Positions 16,322 to 26,408 of a DNA stretch of 64,000 bases are shown here, piece by piece; within the stretch, counting starts at the first letter, position 1; each line of letters begins with the position of its first letter. The notes below the pieces were generated by a model. It saw only the letters and a program-made list of their open reading frames with translations, did not search any database and was not told where the DNA came from. The stretch is from Shigella phage ESh15. The stretch is from sequence record ON528725; one strand, written 5' to 3'. A program made the position numbers and the translations under genes.

Positions 16322-16942
16322 TTACTTACGAGTTTTTGCATACTGAGCAGCGTCAGCAGCCAAACGACCTGCCTGACGAAGTTTTTCTTTAATCTCATCA
16401 TGAAGTGGTTGAGTATACTTCAAACCTTCGATAGTCAAATAAAGACGATAAAGGTCTGGGGTATCAAGGTTGTTGATATGTTGGCCATTACGAAGAATAT
16501 TAAATTCACGAACGAGTGAAGATGTATCGGATTCAATATCACGAACAAGCGAAGATAGTTGTTTATATTTTTTTTCCAGGCTAGAAGTATCAAACTTAAG
16601 AGCAGGAGCTTTAGGAGTTGCTTTTACTTCCGGCTTAGGCTCAGGTTTTGCTTTAGGGGTCGTAGGTTTAGGAATGGTAGGAGCAGGTTTTACTTTAGGC
16701 GAACCAGATTTAGCAGAAACACCACCACTAACAATATCTTTGAATGCTTTAGAAGCTCTGTAATATTCTTTTTGGCTGGAAGTGTCGATACCGTACATGG
16801 CTTGAACGTTTTTGAAAAACTCTGTACTAGTTTTTGTACCAGAAATAGCATCGTAAGCAGCTTGCCATTTCTCTTTTGTCATACGTACACCGGCTTCGGT
16901 GATTACTTCCGTTTCGGCTAAAAATTCATTAAAAGTATACAT
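16322..16942 (-). CDS. IP-like protein with capsid-targeting-like N-terminus and Pro/Lys-rich linker
   Basis: 206 aa; N-terminus MYTFNEFLAE; central KPAPTIPKPTTPKAKPEPKPEVKATPKAP low-complexity linker. Confidence 0.55.
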   Translation of the reverse strand: MYTFNEFLAETEVITEAGVRMTKEKWQAAYDAISGTKTSTEFFKNVQAMYGIDTSSQKEYYRASKAFKDIVSGGVSAKSGSPKVKPAPTIPKPTTPKAKPEPKPEVKATPKAPALKFDTSSLEKKYKQLSSLVRDIESDTSSLVREFNILRNGQHINNLDTPDLYRLYLTIEGLKYTQPLHDEIKEKLRQAGRLAADAAQYAKTRK

Positions 16943-16987
16943 TGATGGTCCTTAGAAAGTAGGTTTATTGTTTACTATATTTATACA

Positions 16988-17016
16988 AAAAAGCCCCAAC
17001 CTTTCGGAAGGGGCTA
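16988..17016 (-). terminator. rho-independent terminator at the distal end of the tRNA/stable-RNA region
   Basis: minus-strand hairpin agcccc-12nt-ggggcu followed by UUUUUU; near-identical to the terminator at 1106-1133. Confidence 0.6.
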
Positions 17017-17058
17017 TATACCTTGTCGGGGTTTCCACCTACTAAGGCAAGTGTTTGT

Positions 17059-17150
17059 ACGAAACGCCGGGACTCGAACCCGGTTATTAAGCAGTTGACG
17101 CTACTCAATATTTTTAAAAGGCCATATCTCGACCATATCCGAACGTTCCG
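17059..17150 (-). ncRNA. candidate stable RNA with tRNA-like T-arm and acceptor stem (not a canonical tRNA)
   Basis: CCGGG-TTCGAGT-CCCGG T-arm and a 7-bp acceptor pairing CGGAACG/CGTTTCG, but 92 nt with no canonical D or anticodon arm. Confidence 0.3.
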
Positions 17151-17318
17151 TCAAAAACGCTACTCGGCTTACGGCAAAGATATTTCCTCGAATCGATAAT
17201 TCGGTGCGCCGTTTCTGCTGTGATGTAAGGGGATATTAACGAATCATAAAGATTTATTAAGACCAGTCCTTACTCAGGGAACATCAGTCCGACGTCTTGC
17301 CGGTAGCGACCCGGCTTC

Positions 17319-17663
17319 TTATTTTGGCATATCATCAATTTGTTCTCGACGCCGACGCCATAGATTAATCGCTTCATTGGCACATTCTGCGTTTGGTATA
17401 TGACGGCAATAATATAATGATTCGCGTTTCTGGAACCGATGTTGCAATGGAATTTCGTTTAAAAGGTCTTTACGGTCAAAGTATTCAAAACTAGTTAACC
17501 CAGAACGGTTTTTAAGAAACTTCCAATGTCCGAATTCATTTTGAAAATAAACGTAATCAGCGTGTTGATATAACGAATTAATCAACCGGTCGGAAATAAC
17601 TGTATCCTGTTCGTTAAAATAAAACGTTAAATCATGAACTACCAAATAAATATTGCCTTTCAT
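17319..17663 (-). CDS. hypothetical protein (114 aa) within the tRNA region
   Basis: ATG 17661-17663 with GAGGA SD; the track start at 17711 would overlap tRNA-Arg. Confidence 0.45.
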   Translation of the reverse strand: MKGNIYLVVHDLTFYFNEQDTVISDRLINSLYQHADYVYFQNEFGHWKFLKNRSGLTSFEYFDRKDLLNEIPLQHRFQKRESLYYCRHIPNAECANEAINLWRRRREQIDDMPK

Positions 17664-17681
17664 ATTTTCCTCACTTGAAGT

Positions 17682-17758
<77 letters not shown>

Positions 17759-17761
17759 GAT

Positions 17762-17836
17762 TGGTGACCCTGGCTGGTTTCGATCCAGCTACCTATCAGT
17801 TATGAGCTGACAGCTCTCCCATTGAGCTACAGGGCC
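17762..17836 (-). tRNA. tRNA with CAT anticodon (Ile-CAU/lysidine type or Met)
   Basis: hand-folded cloverleaf: acceptor GGCCCTG/CAGGGTC, D-stem GCTC/GAGC, anticodon loop CTCATAA, T-arm GCTGG-ATCGAAA-CCAGC, encoded CCA; 3 nt from tRNA-Arg. Confidence 0.7.
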
Positions 17837-17894
17837 TAAATAACTTTCTATTATGAAAGGCACTTTATAGCACCTTTGGTAATAGAGGGTATGA

Positions 17895-17923
17895 ATTAAT
17901 AATAACACATAATTCTTAAAGCA
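17895..17923 (-). promoter_or_regulatory. candidate MotA-dependent middle promoter upstream of the tRNA genes
   Basis: minus-strand TGCTTTA MotA-box-like element (plus taaagca 17917-17923) ~12 nt upstream of an AT-rich -10. Confidence 0.35.
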
Positions 17924-18431
17924 AATCAATCATTTTAACAGTCGGCAAAACAATTTCTTCTTCAATATAAGCGAATTCAACACGTTCAACTACACGCAAG
18001 AAATCGTAATCATAGTATTCAGAAGCATAGCCAAGAATATCAATAAGTCCTTGAGATATCTCATCGCCTTTCACAAAGAACAGGTCGAATACGCGGGCTT
18101 CGTCTTCTTCAGATTTATCACCAAGGTCTACTTCGATACCAAAGACCTTTTTAATAAATTCCGGTTGGAGTTGGTCTGAGAACAGTCCTTCAACCAAGTA
18201 TTCATAGATTAAAAGCGAGCAATCACTGAATGGTGTATTGCCACAGTAACGTTCAGCTTTAGTGCTGGAATGTCGGCTCTTAAATTTCTTCAAGAGGTAT
18301 TTGAACTGTTGGAGCTCATGCTCTCCCACTTCAAACAATGTTTTGGTTTTATAGTTGTCACCATCATTTTCATAGGTAGTGACATCAATTACGTAGCCCT
18401 TAGGAATTGTACTGCCTAAACAAATATTCAT
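17916..18431 (-). CDS. hypothetical acidic protein (171 aa)
   Basis: ATG 18429-18431. Confidence 0.5.
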   Translation of the reverse strand: MNICLGSTIPKGYVIDVTTYENDGDNYKTKTLFEVGEHELQQFKYLLKKFKSRHSSTKAERYCGNTPFSDCSLLIYEYLVEGLFSDQLQPEFIKKVFGIEVDLGDKSEEDEARVFDLFFVKGDEISQGLIDILGYASEYYDYDFLRVVERVEFAYIEEEIVLPTVKMIDLL

Positions 18432-18435
18432 TTAC

Positions 18436-18726
18436 TCACCGTACCATATTAATGTAATTATATTCAATGCAACGTAATTTCAAAGGATTCTTGAAAATAT
18501 CATATTCAAGAGGGCCTTTTTCTGTTTCAATAAAGAAATCAAAGTTCACACTATTAAATTTGCGGTCTTCCCAAAGTAATTTAACTTGCGAAGATGAACG
18601 GTCGATATAAACCTTTTCAACCTCAAAGTTAGTCAGAATACCGTAGTCATCGACTAGTGCTTTAGCTGCACGTTGATCGCTTTCATATCCATTCTCAACG
18701 GATTTTACCTTAGCATAAAGAATCAT
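18436..18726 (-). CDS. hypothetical protein (96 aa)
   Basis: ATG 18724-18726. Confidence 0.45.
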   Translation of the reverse strand: MILYAKVKSVENGYESDQRAAKALVDDYGILTNFEVEKVYIDRSSSQVKLLWEDRKFNSVNFDFFIETEKGPLEYDIFKNPLKLRCIEYNYINMVR

Positions 18727-19085
18727 GAGTGTTCCACCATTTCAAAGGTATGAGCATCAACAATATGATACCAGTCAAAATTTTCTTCTGCTTTTTTATA
18801 AATTTCGCGAAGAGCCTCAACAGTTTTTCCTGTAGCAACAAGGTCGTTAATACCGCCAAGAGGATAACAGTCGTAACCGGCAAACAGAAGGAAATTAATA
18901 GTTTCTGTAGGGGCCGGATGCAGTGTACCATTGTCATCGACTACTTCAAAGAACATATAACCAGGCGATTTAGATTTAATCCAAGCCCATGCTTGAGCTG
19001 CTGAATCAAATGGTCTGCGTATCAAACGACAATCAGGGTCTTTAGAAGGATTTGCTTCAAAATCCGCATATACATGATATTTCAT
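18723..19085 (-). CDS. hypothetical protein (~120 aa)
   Basis: ATG 19083-19085 with AAGGTGA SD (track start at 19103 is TTG). Confidence 0.45.
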   Translation of the reverse strand: MKYHVYADFEANPSKDPDCRLIRRPFDSAAQAWAWIKSKSPGYMFFEVVDDNGTLHPAPTETINFLLFAGYDCYPLGGINDLVATGKTVEALREIYKKAEENFDWYHIVDAHTFEMVEHS

Positions 19086-19086
19086 T

Positions 19087-19272
19087 TTACTCACCTTTTG
19101 CAATTTTATCCATAACGATAGCGATTAAGCCGATTAGAAATGCTACTACCAATGAGATAGAATTTTCTGTTGTTGTCAGTAGTCCACAAATGAATCCTAC
19201 AAACATCGAAAAACTAAAAGCCATTGAAGCAATTACTACAGCAACATTACGAATCAGTTCAGCGCGTTTCAT
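19087..19272 (-). CDS. hypothetical small membrane protein (61 aa)
   Basis: single TM helix; ATG 19270-19272 with GAGGAG SD. Confidence 0.4.
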   Translation of the reverse strand: MKRAELIRNVAVVIASMAFSFSMFVGFICGLLTTTENSISLVVAFLIGLIAIVMDKIAKGE

Positions 19273-19298
19273 TTTATTCTCCTCAGTAGTTGATAGGG

Positions 19299-19330
19299 TA
19301 ATAGTATCACTACCCTATCTAAAAGTAAAC
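19299..19330 (-). promoter_or_regulatory. early promoter cassette
   Basis: gtaaac 19325-19330; -10 TACTAT; 9-bp inverted repeat gatagggta/taccctatc with compensatory changes relative to other copies. Confidence 0.6.
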
Positions 19331-19341
19331 GGTTTTATAAA

Positions 19342-19650
19342 CTATTTTATTCCGCGTGATGCAATCGTATTCTGCCGTTTAACGCCAGTTTGTTTAAAGT
19401 TATGATTGTCGAGTTGATCGGTACGAGCAACTCCGAATGATGATTTAATCTTAGCTTTAGATCCTTTAGTTATAGAAATAAACATCTCGGGAGCCCCTTT
19501 CTTAAAGTCCGAAGCAATTACTTCAACACCGTTCTTAGCAAGTGACCTCAGAATTGCTTCCGCATACTCATCATCAAGACCCGCTTGAGTATGAATAACG
19601 AATGTCTTTGGTGCAGCTGCTTCACAGATAAATTCTTTAAATGTTTTCAT
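19342..19650 (-). CDS. internal-protein (IP) candidate with capsid-targeting sequence
   Basis: 102 aa; N-terminus MKTFKEFICE; basic. Confidence 0.6.
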   Translation of the reverse strand: MKTFKEFICEAAAPKTFVIHTQAGLDDEYAEAILRSLAKNGVEVIASDFKKGAPEMFISITKGSKAKIKSSFGVARTDQLDNHNFKQTGVKRQNTIASRGIK

Positions 19651-19680
19651 TTTATTTTCCTAATTAATTTTGATAGGACT

Positions 19681-19710
19681 ACTATAACATAGTCCTATCA
19701 GCATGTAAAC
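19681..19710 (-). promoter_or_regulatory. early promoter cassette
   Basis: gtaaac 19705-19710; -10 TATAGT; 11-bp inverted repeat. Confidence 0.6.
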
Positions 19711-19713
19711 TAC

Positions 19714-20001
19714 TTACAGAAGAGTTTTTGCAATAATTTTAAGCTGAGCTACAGAAATATGCTTAGCTTTAAACAGTGCAGTCTCTTCAGCTGGAGAGAT
19801 AACAATAGTAGCGCCATCTTTCTTAGCAGACCATCCATCACCTAAGTAAACAGTACCTTTTACTTCTTCGCCGTCAACCAGACTAATCATTGGTTTACCC
19901 TCACGTCCTTTATTTGCTTTAATAACTTCGGAAGTAAGGGTTGCTTCAGTCAGAGTAGAAACGTTAGCAACAGGTGATATAAATTCTTTATAGGTTTTCA
20001 T
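19714..20001 (-). CDS. internal-protein (IP) candidate, ipI-position and IPI-sized
   Basis: 95 aa; N-terminus MKTYKEFISP; adjacent to 57B as ipI is in T4. Confidence 0.6.
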   Translation of the reverse strand: MKTYKEFISPVANVSTLTEATLTSEVIKANKGREGKPMISLVDGEEVKGTVYLGDGWSAKKDGATIVISPAEETALFKAKHISVAQLKIIAKTLL

Positions 20002-20032
20002 TTTATTTCCTTGAGGTCGTTTATTTGATAGG

Positions 20033-20065
20033 ATGATAGTATCACACCGTCATCCTTATGTAAAC
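20033..20065 (-). promoter_or_regulatory. early promoter cassette
   Basis: gtaaac 20060-20065; -10 TACTAT; 7-bp inverted repeat aggatga/tcatcct. Confidence 0.55.
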
Positions 20066-20078
20066 TGTTTTGTGAAAA

Positions 20079-20764
<686 letters not shown>

Positions 20765-20768
20765 TTTA

Positions 20769-21503
20769 TTACCTTAAGATTGTTTCAATTTTAGAATAAA
20801 GCTCTTCTAAAGAGCCGTCGTTTGTAATAACTAAATCGCCTTCTTCAATAGGCAACCCAGCTTCTGTAATATGTTTATCTGTGGATTCCATACCGGAGCG
20901 AACCACATGAATAACTGTAGCACCCATCGCTCTAGCGGTTTCCATTTCATGGACTTGACGTGTATCGGTTACGACATAGTAATCGAAATCACTTCCAATA
21001 TAATCCATATAGTTTAATGCAAAAAGCTTAACCCAATACATACGGTCAAATAAATTAACGACAACATCCGTACCGAGGGCTTGCATAAGACGGCGGATTG
21101 ACCATGTGTCGTTGATATTATTTATAGCTTCACGCAGGGCTTCATATGGTTTAATATCTAGATATGAATATCCACCTTCTAACGATGATAATACTTTAAC
21201 ATTATTAATTGGTAAATATTGACTTTGTAAATAAATTAGCGTTTCTTCCAATAATTCAATAACATCCAACTTATTGAGATTTAATGGTGTTTCACGATCG
21301 TATCCAACACCTTCAAAGTATTCGTATTTCAACTCGGTGAATACATCAGGGTTTTCAGCATGTTTACGACCCCAGGCTATTGCTAGAGCGTCTTTAATCG
21401 GATATGCTAATTGATATTTTACAGATTTAAAGTTTGAATTGATGTAATCAGCAGTAGTGTCTTTACCACTACGTTTGATGCCACTTAAAAAGATTAGCTC
21501 CAT
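20769..21503 (-). CDS. 1: deoxynucleoside monophosphate kinase
   Basis: 244 aa; N-terminus M(E/K)LIFLSG(I/V)KRSGKDT P-loop as in T4 gp1. Confidence 0.9.
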   Translation of the reverse strand: MELIFLSGIKRSGKDTTADYINSNFKSVKYQLAYPIKDALAIAWGRKHAENPDVFTELKYEYFEGVGYDRETPLNLNKLDVIELLEETLIYLQSQYLPINNVKVLSSLEGGYSYLDIKPYEALREAINNINDTWSIRRLMQALGTDVVVNLFDRMYWVKLFALNYMDYIGSDFDYYVVTDTRQVHEMETARAMGATVIHVVRSGMESTDKHITEAGLPIEEGDLVITNDGSLEELYSKIETILR

Positions 21504-21556
21504 AGGTTTTCCTCATATAATTTATGAGCGATTATAACATACGGAGCTAGAAGCGA

Positions 21557-22141
21557 TTAACGCAAGGAAGGGTGTCTAGAAATGGATTTAGATTCGACCG
21601 CTTGACGTGGTTGTTGAGATACAATGACTTCACCATCTTTTTCTATCGTCATATACGCGAAGTGAATAGTTGCTACGCACGTAACGGCAGGGTCAGAGTC
21701 TTCAGTGTAACTAAATTCAATTTCGCTCAAATCGGAAATCCATGGTTTATAGAAATTTGCCGTCAAAACGACTTCTGTCTTATTGTTGTTTAAAATGTGC
21801 AAAGTAACAAACTCAGGACCATCGGCATGGGCCGTATTATGACCTGTTATATAGTTATTAGTGCTGAGCATCCATTTATACATGTTCATCCAGGACGTCA
21901 TGTCTTCATCAACTATAAATCGTACAATAAAAGGGTCATATTCAAATGTAGTGCCTGCACGCATTGCACGTCCTAACCCCATTGTGCCCGTCACAGTTTC
22001 AACAACAGGAATTCTCACACCAGGTAATGGAGCCGTTTGGGCATTGAGCACAAAACCTGAAGTTCGTGTACTATCCGGGATATCCACAACAAAGTTTGTT
22101 ATATTTGTTTGGTTAAAAATCTGTCTCGCTGGACGAGTCAT
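21557..22141 (-). CDS. 3: gp3 tail completion/sheath stabiliser
   Basis: ATG at 22139-22141 after GAGGTG SD (track start is the GTG inside the SD); position between genes 1 and 2. Confidence 0.7.
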   Translation of the reverse strand: MTRPARQIFNQTNITNFVVDIPDSTRTSGFVLNAQTAPLPGVRIPVVETVTGTMGLGRAMRAGTTFEYDPFIVRFIVDEDMTSWMNMYKWMLSTNNYITGHNTAHADGPEFVTLHILNNNKTEVVLTANFYKPWISDLSEIEFSYTEDSDPAVTCVATIHFAYMTIEKDGEVIVSQQPRQAVESKSISRHPSLR

Positions 22142-22243
22142 AAGCACCTCAAAAACGCTTTAATAAAAATGCAGTATAATGGTTTTAGGTCTCTTCCATT
22201 AATCCGGTTCAACAGAATATCAGAAGAACGGAAGAGAATAGAA

Positions 22244-23065
22244 TTAAGATTTCCAAACAGTATTCGCAGAGAAACGTTTTCCTTTTGACATAAACTGCTG
22301 AGTAGGTAACATGATTATGTTAGCCCAGTCTTTAGGAGCTATTTCTGTTATTGTTCCTCTAATGTGGCCTGGCAGGTATGCTTTAATCATTTTGTCAGCA
22401 CCTTGAAATCCTTTCACCTTGCTCCAGTCTATCTTCAACTTTGTGTTATTAGTAATTGTAGTTGTGCTAGCATATTGCTTCAGCAATTCTTCAAGAAACT
22501 GTTGACGTGCTTTAGGCGGGATATAGTGCAAGTTTAACCCATACATCAAATTATGTTTACCTAATCCTAAATAAATAATCAAAGGATATCGGTCCCAATA
22601 TGGCAGAGTATCTTTATGTTTAGCATCATACACGTAAGTATAAATTTTGCCTGGCGTAGGCTTGACTACTTTATGACCTTTTACACTTTTCTTAATTGTT
22701 TCAACAAACCACTTAGTTGATTTGTTGTTTACTGCTGCGCCTTCATTTCTAATCTTTTCTCGTATTGAACTGCGAAACGAGTTTATCATCAGAAGTTGAC
22801 GTTCTTGTTTATTGAGTTTATTTTTAGGTTTAGATTCAAGCGTTTCAATTTTCTGTGCAGTCTTAATAGATGATGCATATCTAGACATTGCAGATGTAAA
22901 AGACGAGTATTTTATTCCTTTTGATTCTGCAAATGCTTTTGCAGTGATTCCTTTCTCTTTAGCTTTCTTGTATTCTAATCCTATCTCAATCCATTTTCTT
23001 TCATTCATAGACTGAGCAATCTTAGGGGCTTGTACGCCTTCAGATATAATTTGGAATATGCTCAT
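22244..23065 (-). CDS. 2: gp2 DNA end-protector protein
   Basis: 273 aa, basic; synteny 3-2-4. Confidence 0.8.
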   Translation of the reverse strand: MSIFQIISEGVQAPKIAQSMNERKWIEIGLEYKKAKEKGITAKAFAESKGIKYSSFTSAMSRYASSIKTAQKIETLESKPKNKLNKQERQLLMINSFRSSIREKIRNEGAAVNNKSTKWFVETIKKSVKGHKVVKPTPGKIYTYVYDAKHKDTLPYWDRYPLIIYLGLGKHNLMYGLNLHYIPPKARQQFLEELLKQYASTTTITNNTKLKIDWSKVKGFQGADKMIKAYLPGHIRGTITEIAPKDWANIIMLPTQQFMSKGKRFSANTVWKS

Positions 23066-23067
23066 AA

Positions 23068-23517
23068 TTACCCCTTGTATCCGAGTTTCCTAAGTCCGTC
23101 TTCGGTTAGAACTCGAAATTTTATATTTCTCTTTTCAGCAACAGCTGAAGCAGCTTTCCATTTGTCACAGTTCACAGACCAGGTATATATTTCATTCATA
23201 TAACGTTTCTTTGCTGCGGTAGTAAGATTTGCAGGCTTAATAGGTGGTTGAGTTTCTTTCTTTGGTTTTATTTCTACAAAAAACTCTTGACCTGATGCAT
23301 CTTTCATCCATATGTCCATATAGTATCGACGTTTCTTACCTTCAGCATTACAAAAATATGGAATTACTGCTGTTTCACTACCCCATGCAATAATTTCTGG
23401 ATTTTTATCCAACCATTCGAAAAAGAATTTTTCCCAGTTTGAACGATACGTTATTTTGGTATGGTCTCCACGGTATTTTTTTAAATTTTTTGGGACCCAT
23501 TTACCAGAGTAGGCCAT
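23068..23517 (-). CDS. 4: gp4 head completion protein
   Basis: 149 aa from ATG 23515-23517 with AAGGAGG SD; T4 gp4 is 150 aa. Confidence 0.8.
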   Translation of the reverse strand: MAYSGKWVPKNLKKYRGDHTKITYRSNWEKFFFEWLDKNPEIIAWGSETAVIPYFCNAEGKKRRYYMDIWMKDASGQEFFVEIKPKKETQPPIKPANLTTAAKKRYMNEIYTWSVNCDKWKAASAVAEKRNIKFRVLTEDGLRKLGYKG

Positions 23518-23528
23518 GTTGTCCTCCT

Positions 23529-23536
23529 TATAAATA
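23529..23536 (+). promoter_or_regulatory. late promoter TATAAATA for gene 53
   Basis: exact TATAAATA 43 nt upstream of the gene 53 start. Confidence 0.7.
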
Positions 23537-23543
23537 GTATTAT

Positions 23544-23551
23544 TATTTATA
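23544..23551 (-). promoter_or_regulatory. late promoter TATAAATA for gene 4 (divergent)
   Basis: plus tatttata is TATAAATA on the minus strand, 27 nt upstream of the gene 4 ATG. Confidence 0.65.
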
Positions 23552-23578
23552 CCAATTTCATATTGGAAGGAGACTATT

Positions 23579-24154
23579 TTGTTATTTACATTCTTCGACC
23601 CAATAGGATATAGTGCTAAAACAGTTGATAAGAATGCACCTACTATTCCTATGACAGACATATTTCGTAACTATAAAGAGTACTTTAAGCGTGTTGCTGC
23701 CAATTATAGATTACGTTCTTATTATATTAAAGGCTCTCCGCGTCCTGAAGAACTAGCAAACATAATTTATGGCAACCCTCAATTATACTGGGTCCTTTTG
23801 ATGTGTAATGATAACTATGACCCATATTATGGTTGGATTACATCTCAGGAAGCAGCGTATCAAGCTTCTATTCAGAAATATGCAAATGCTGGCGGAGACC
23901 AAATTCTTTATCATATTAACGAGAACCGTGAGAAATTTTACAATTTAGTTTCATATCCAGACGAGCCTTTAGTGTGGTACGATAAAGGTGACGAAGCTCG
24001 CAAATATCCGCAATATAAAGGGCCTTTAGCTGCTGTAGATACTTATGAAGCGGCAGTATTAGATAATGAAAAACTTCGTAAAATAAAAATTGTTGCAAAA
24101 GAAGATATAAACTCGTTTATTACTGATTTGATTCGTGAGATGGAGATTGCATAA
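23579..24154 (+). CDS. 53: gp53 baseplate wedge protein
   Basis: 191 aa; MLFTFFDPI...YDPYYGWITSQEAAYQASIQKY matches T4 gp53; first codon is TTG at 23579 with AGGAG SD. Confidence 0.9.
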   Translation: MLFTFFDPIGYSAKTVDKNAPTIPMTDIFRNYKEYFKRVAANYRLRSYYIKGSPRPEELANIIYGNPQLYWVLLMCNDNYDPYYGWITSQEAAYQASIQKYANAGGDQILYHINENREKFYNLVSYPDEPLVWYDKGDEARKYPQYKGPLAAVDTYEAAVLDNEKLRKIKIVAKEDINSFITDLIREMEIA

Positions 24155-25887
24155 TGGAAATGATTAGTAGTAGCCTTAATTGGTTCGTGGGTGTTGTCGA
24201 GGACAGAATGGACCCATTAAAACAAGGGCGAGTTCGAGTTCGAGTCGTTGGTCTTCATCCGGCACAGAGAGCACAAGGTGATGTGCAAGGTATTCCTACA
24301 GAAAAACTTCCATGGATGACTGTTATTCAACCTATTACGTCTGCATCAATGTCAGGTATTGGTGGTTCTGTTACAGGTCCTGTTGAAGGAACTCGAGTAT
24401 ATGGTCATTTCTTAGACAAATGGAAAACAAACGGAATTGTACTTGGTACATATGGCGGAATCGTACGTGAAAAGCCTAATAGACTTGAAGGTTTTTCAGA
24501 CCCGACAGGCCAGTATCCACGACGTTTAGGTAATGATACGAACGTATTAAACCAAGGTGGTGAAGCTGGTTATTATTCAAACTCTAACGTAATTCAAGAT
24601 AACAACTTAGATTATGGTATAAACCCAGATGATACAGATTTAGCAAATATTCCAGAAGATGATGACCCTAATTTTACAATAACAGAAATGTTACGTCGTG
24701 ACGAAGGTCTTCGTGATAAAGTGTATTGGGACCATCTCGGATATCCTACAGTAGGTATTGGACACCTTATCGTAATGGAAAAGACCCGAGATATGTCTCG
24801 AATTAATAAATTGTTATCTGATCAAGTAGGGCGTGAAGTAACAGGAAATCCAGGAACTATTACATTAGAAGAAGCAACAGCGTTATTTGAGAAAGACCTT
24901 GCTAAGATGCAGAAAGACATTCGTTCTAATTCTAAAGTAGGTCCTGTTTATGCTAAAATGAACAGATCTCGTCAAATGGCATTAGAAAACATGTGCTTCC
25001 AAATGGGCGTTGGTGGTGTAGCAAAATTCAATACTATGCTTAAAGCAATGGCCACAGGTGATTGGAAAACTGCATACAAATCTGGGCGCGATTCATTATG
25101 GTTCCAACAGACTAAAGGACGTGCTTCACGCGTAACAACAATTATTTTAACTGGTAACATGGAATCATACGGTGTTCCTGTTAAAACACCACCTTCACCA
25201 GGAGTTGGTGCCGATTTAGTTACTAGAAATACCGATTCAGAAGACCCAGCCGGTCCTCCTGTTCCATTAGATTCACGTATCCTTTTTAAAGAACCGGAAT
25301 CAAGTTATCGCGGTGAGTATCCGTATGTTCATGCTATGGAAACAGAAAGTGGTCATATCCAAGAATTTGACGATACTCCAGGTAATGAACGTTATCGATT
25401 AGTTCATCCAACAGGGTCATATGAGGAAGTTTCTCCATCCGGGCGTCGTACTCGTAAAACTGTAGAAGACCTTTTTGACATCACTAATGGTGATGGGAAC
25501 TTCTTGATTTCTGGTGATAAACTTGTTAACGTTGGTGCTAATGAAATATATTATAACATGGCAGACCGCCTCCATCAAATAGACGGCAATGACACAATCT
25601 TTATTCGTGGTAACCAAACTAAAACTGTTGAAGGCGATGGAACTCTTTACGTTAAGGGTAATATCAAAATAGTTGTTGACGGAAATGCAGATATTCTTGT
25701 TAAAGGTGATGCTAAAACTCAGGTCGAAGGGAATCATGATTACACCGTCAACGGAAACGTTAAATGGACTGTTAATGGTAATGTTGATATGACTGTTGCC
25801 GGGGATTGGGCAGAAACAATGTCTACAATGAGCTCAGTAGCTTCAGGACAATACACTGTTGACGGATCTCGTATTGATATTGGGTAA
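24154..25887 (+). CDS. 5: gp5 baseplate hub and tail lysozyme
   Basis: 577 aa; lysozyme domain (EGLR...GIGHL) and C-terminal VxGxxxx beta-helix repeats. Confidence 0.95.
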   Translation: MEMISSSLNWFVGVVEDRMDPLKQGRVRVRVVGLHPAQRAQGDVQGIPTEKLPWMTVIQPITSASMSGIGGSVTGPVEGTRVYGHFLDKWKTNGIVLGTYGGIVREKPNRLEGFSDPTGQYPRRLGNDTNVLNQGGEAGYYSNSNVIQDNNLDYGINPDDTDLANIPEDDDPNFTITEMLRRDEGLRDKVYWDHLGYPTVGIGHLIVMEKTRDMSRINKLLSDQVGREVTGNPGTITLEEATALFEKDLAKMQKDIRSNSKVGPVYAKMNRSRQMALENMCFQMGVGGVAKFNTMLKAMATGDWKTAYKSGRDSLWFQQTKGRASRVTTIILTGNMESYGVPVKTPPSPGVGADLVTRNTDSEDPAGPPVPLDSRILFKEPESSYRGEYPYVHAMETESGHIQEFDDTPGNERYRLVHPTGSYEEVSPSGRRTRKTVEDLFDITNGDGNFLISGDKLVNVGANEIYYNMADRLHQIDGNDTIFIRGNQTKTVEGDGTLYVKGNIKIVVDGNADILVKGDAKTQVEGNHDYTVNGNVKWTVNGNVDMTVAGDWAETMSTMSSVASGQYTVDGSRIDIG

Positions 25888-25890
25888 TAT

Positions 25891-26406
25891 ATGGCACAAA
25901 TACTTCCTTTAAATACCGACTTAGGAGAAGACATGGAAGGGGCGTCTATTGACGTCCTTTTTACTCCACAGTTAGAAACAACCGAAACTTTAGTGTCAAT
26001 AAATATAATAGATTATGAACCGACACAAGGCATTACGGTAGATGGTAATCATTTATATGGAACATATGAAAGTGTATTTAGCTTTTCTTCAGACGCATTG
26101 AAATATCGATTAAATGATGATTTTAAAACTGCATCTTCATGGGATGATTTACCGAAAGATGAATCCACACAGTTATATTTGTGGAGAGCTCCTCAGAATC
26201 TTCGTAAAGTGTTTAGTTATACGGTTGAAATGATTTATAACTACCAAGAAGAAAGTTCATCAGGCGGTTCTAGAAGTGACTCTGGTACAGAACCTCCACC
26301 GGCTCCAGTACAAAAAACTCTTACTAAGGTTTATACAAAAACTATAGTAGGAAATTGGAGCAAATGGGCACAACAATTACGAAACTATGTTTATATGAGG
26401 CCATAA
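25891..26406 (+). CDS. 5.1: gp5.1-like protein
   Basis: 171 aa; position between 5 and 5.4. Confidence 0.6.
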   Translation: MAQILPLNTDLGEDMEGASIDVLFTPQLETTETLVSINIIDYEPTQGITVDGNHLYGTYESVFSFSSDALKYRLNDDFKTASSWDDLPKDESTQLYLWRAPQNLRKVFSYTVEMIYNYQEESSSGGSRSDSGTEPPPAPVQKTLTKVYTKTIVGNWSKWAQQLRNYVYMRP

Positions 26407-26408
26407 AA

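Noticed and set aside
17059-17150. Calling the 92-nt element a canonical tRNA (type II Leu/Ser)
   Set aside because: Only the T-arm and acceptor-like pairing fold; no acceptable D-arm or 5-bp anticodon stem could be drawn, so it is reported only as a tRNA-like stable RNA candidate.
21511-21545. Early-promoter cassette upstream of gene 1
   Set aside because: A TGtTATAAT -10 is present but there is no GTTTAC -35 at the right spacing; it may be a MotA-type or weak promoter and was not listed.
24972-25160. Minus-strand and alternative-frame ORFs inside the late structural genes (for example 24972-25160, 28103-28411, 40582-40842, 48661-49014, 49269-49748, 50562-51158, 51735-52205)
   Set aside because: They are embedded in long genes that match T4 structural proteins and have no independent signals.
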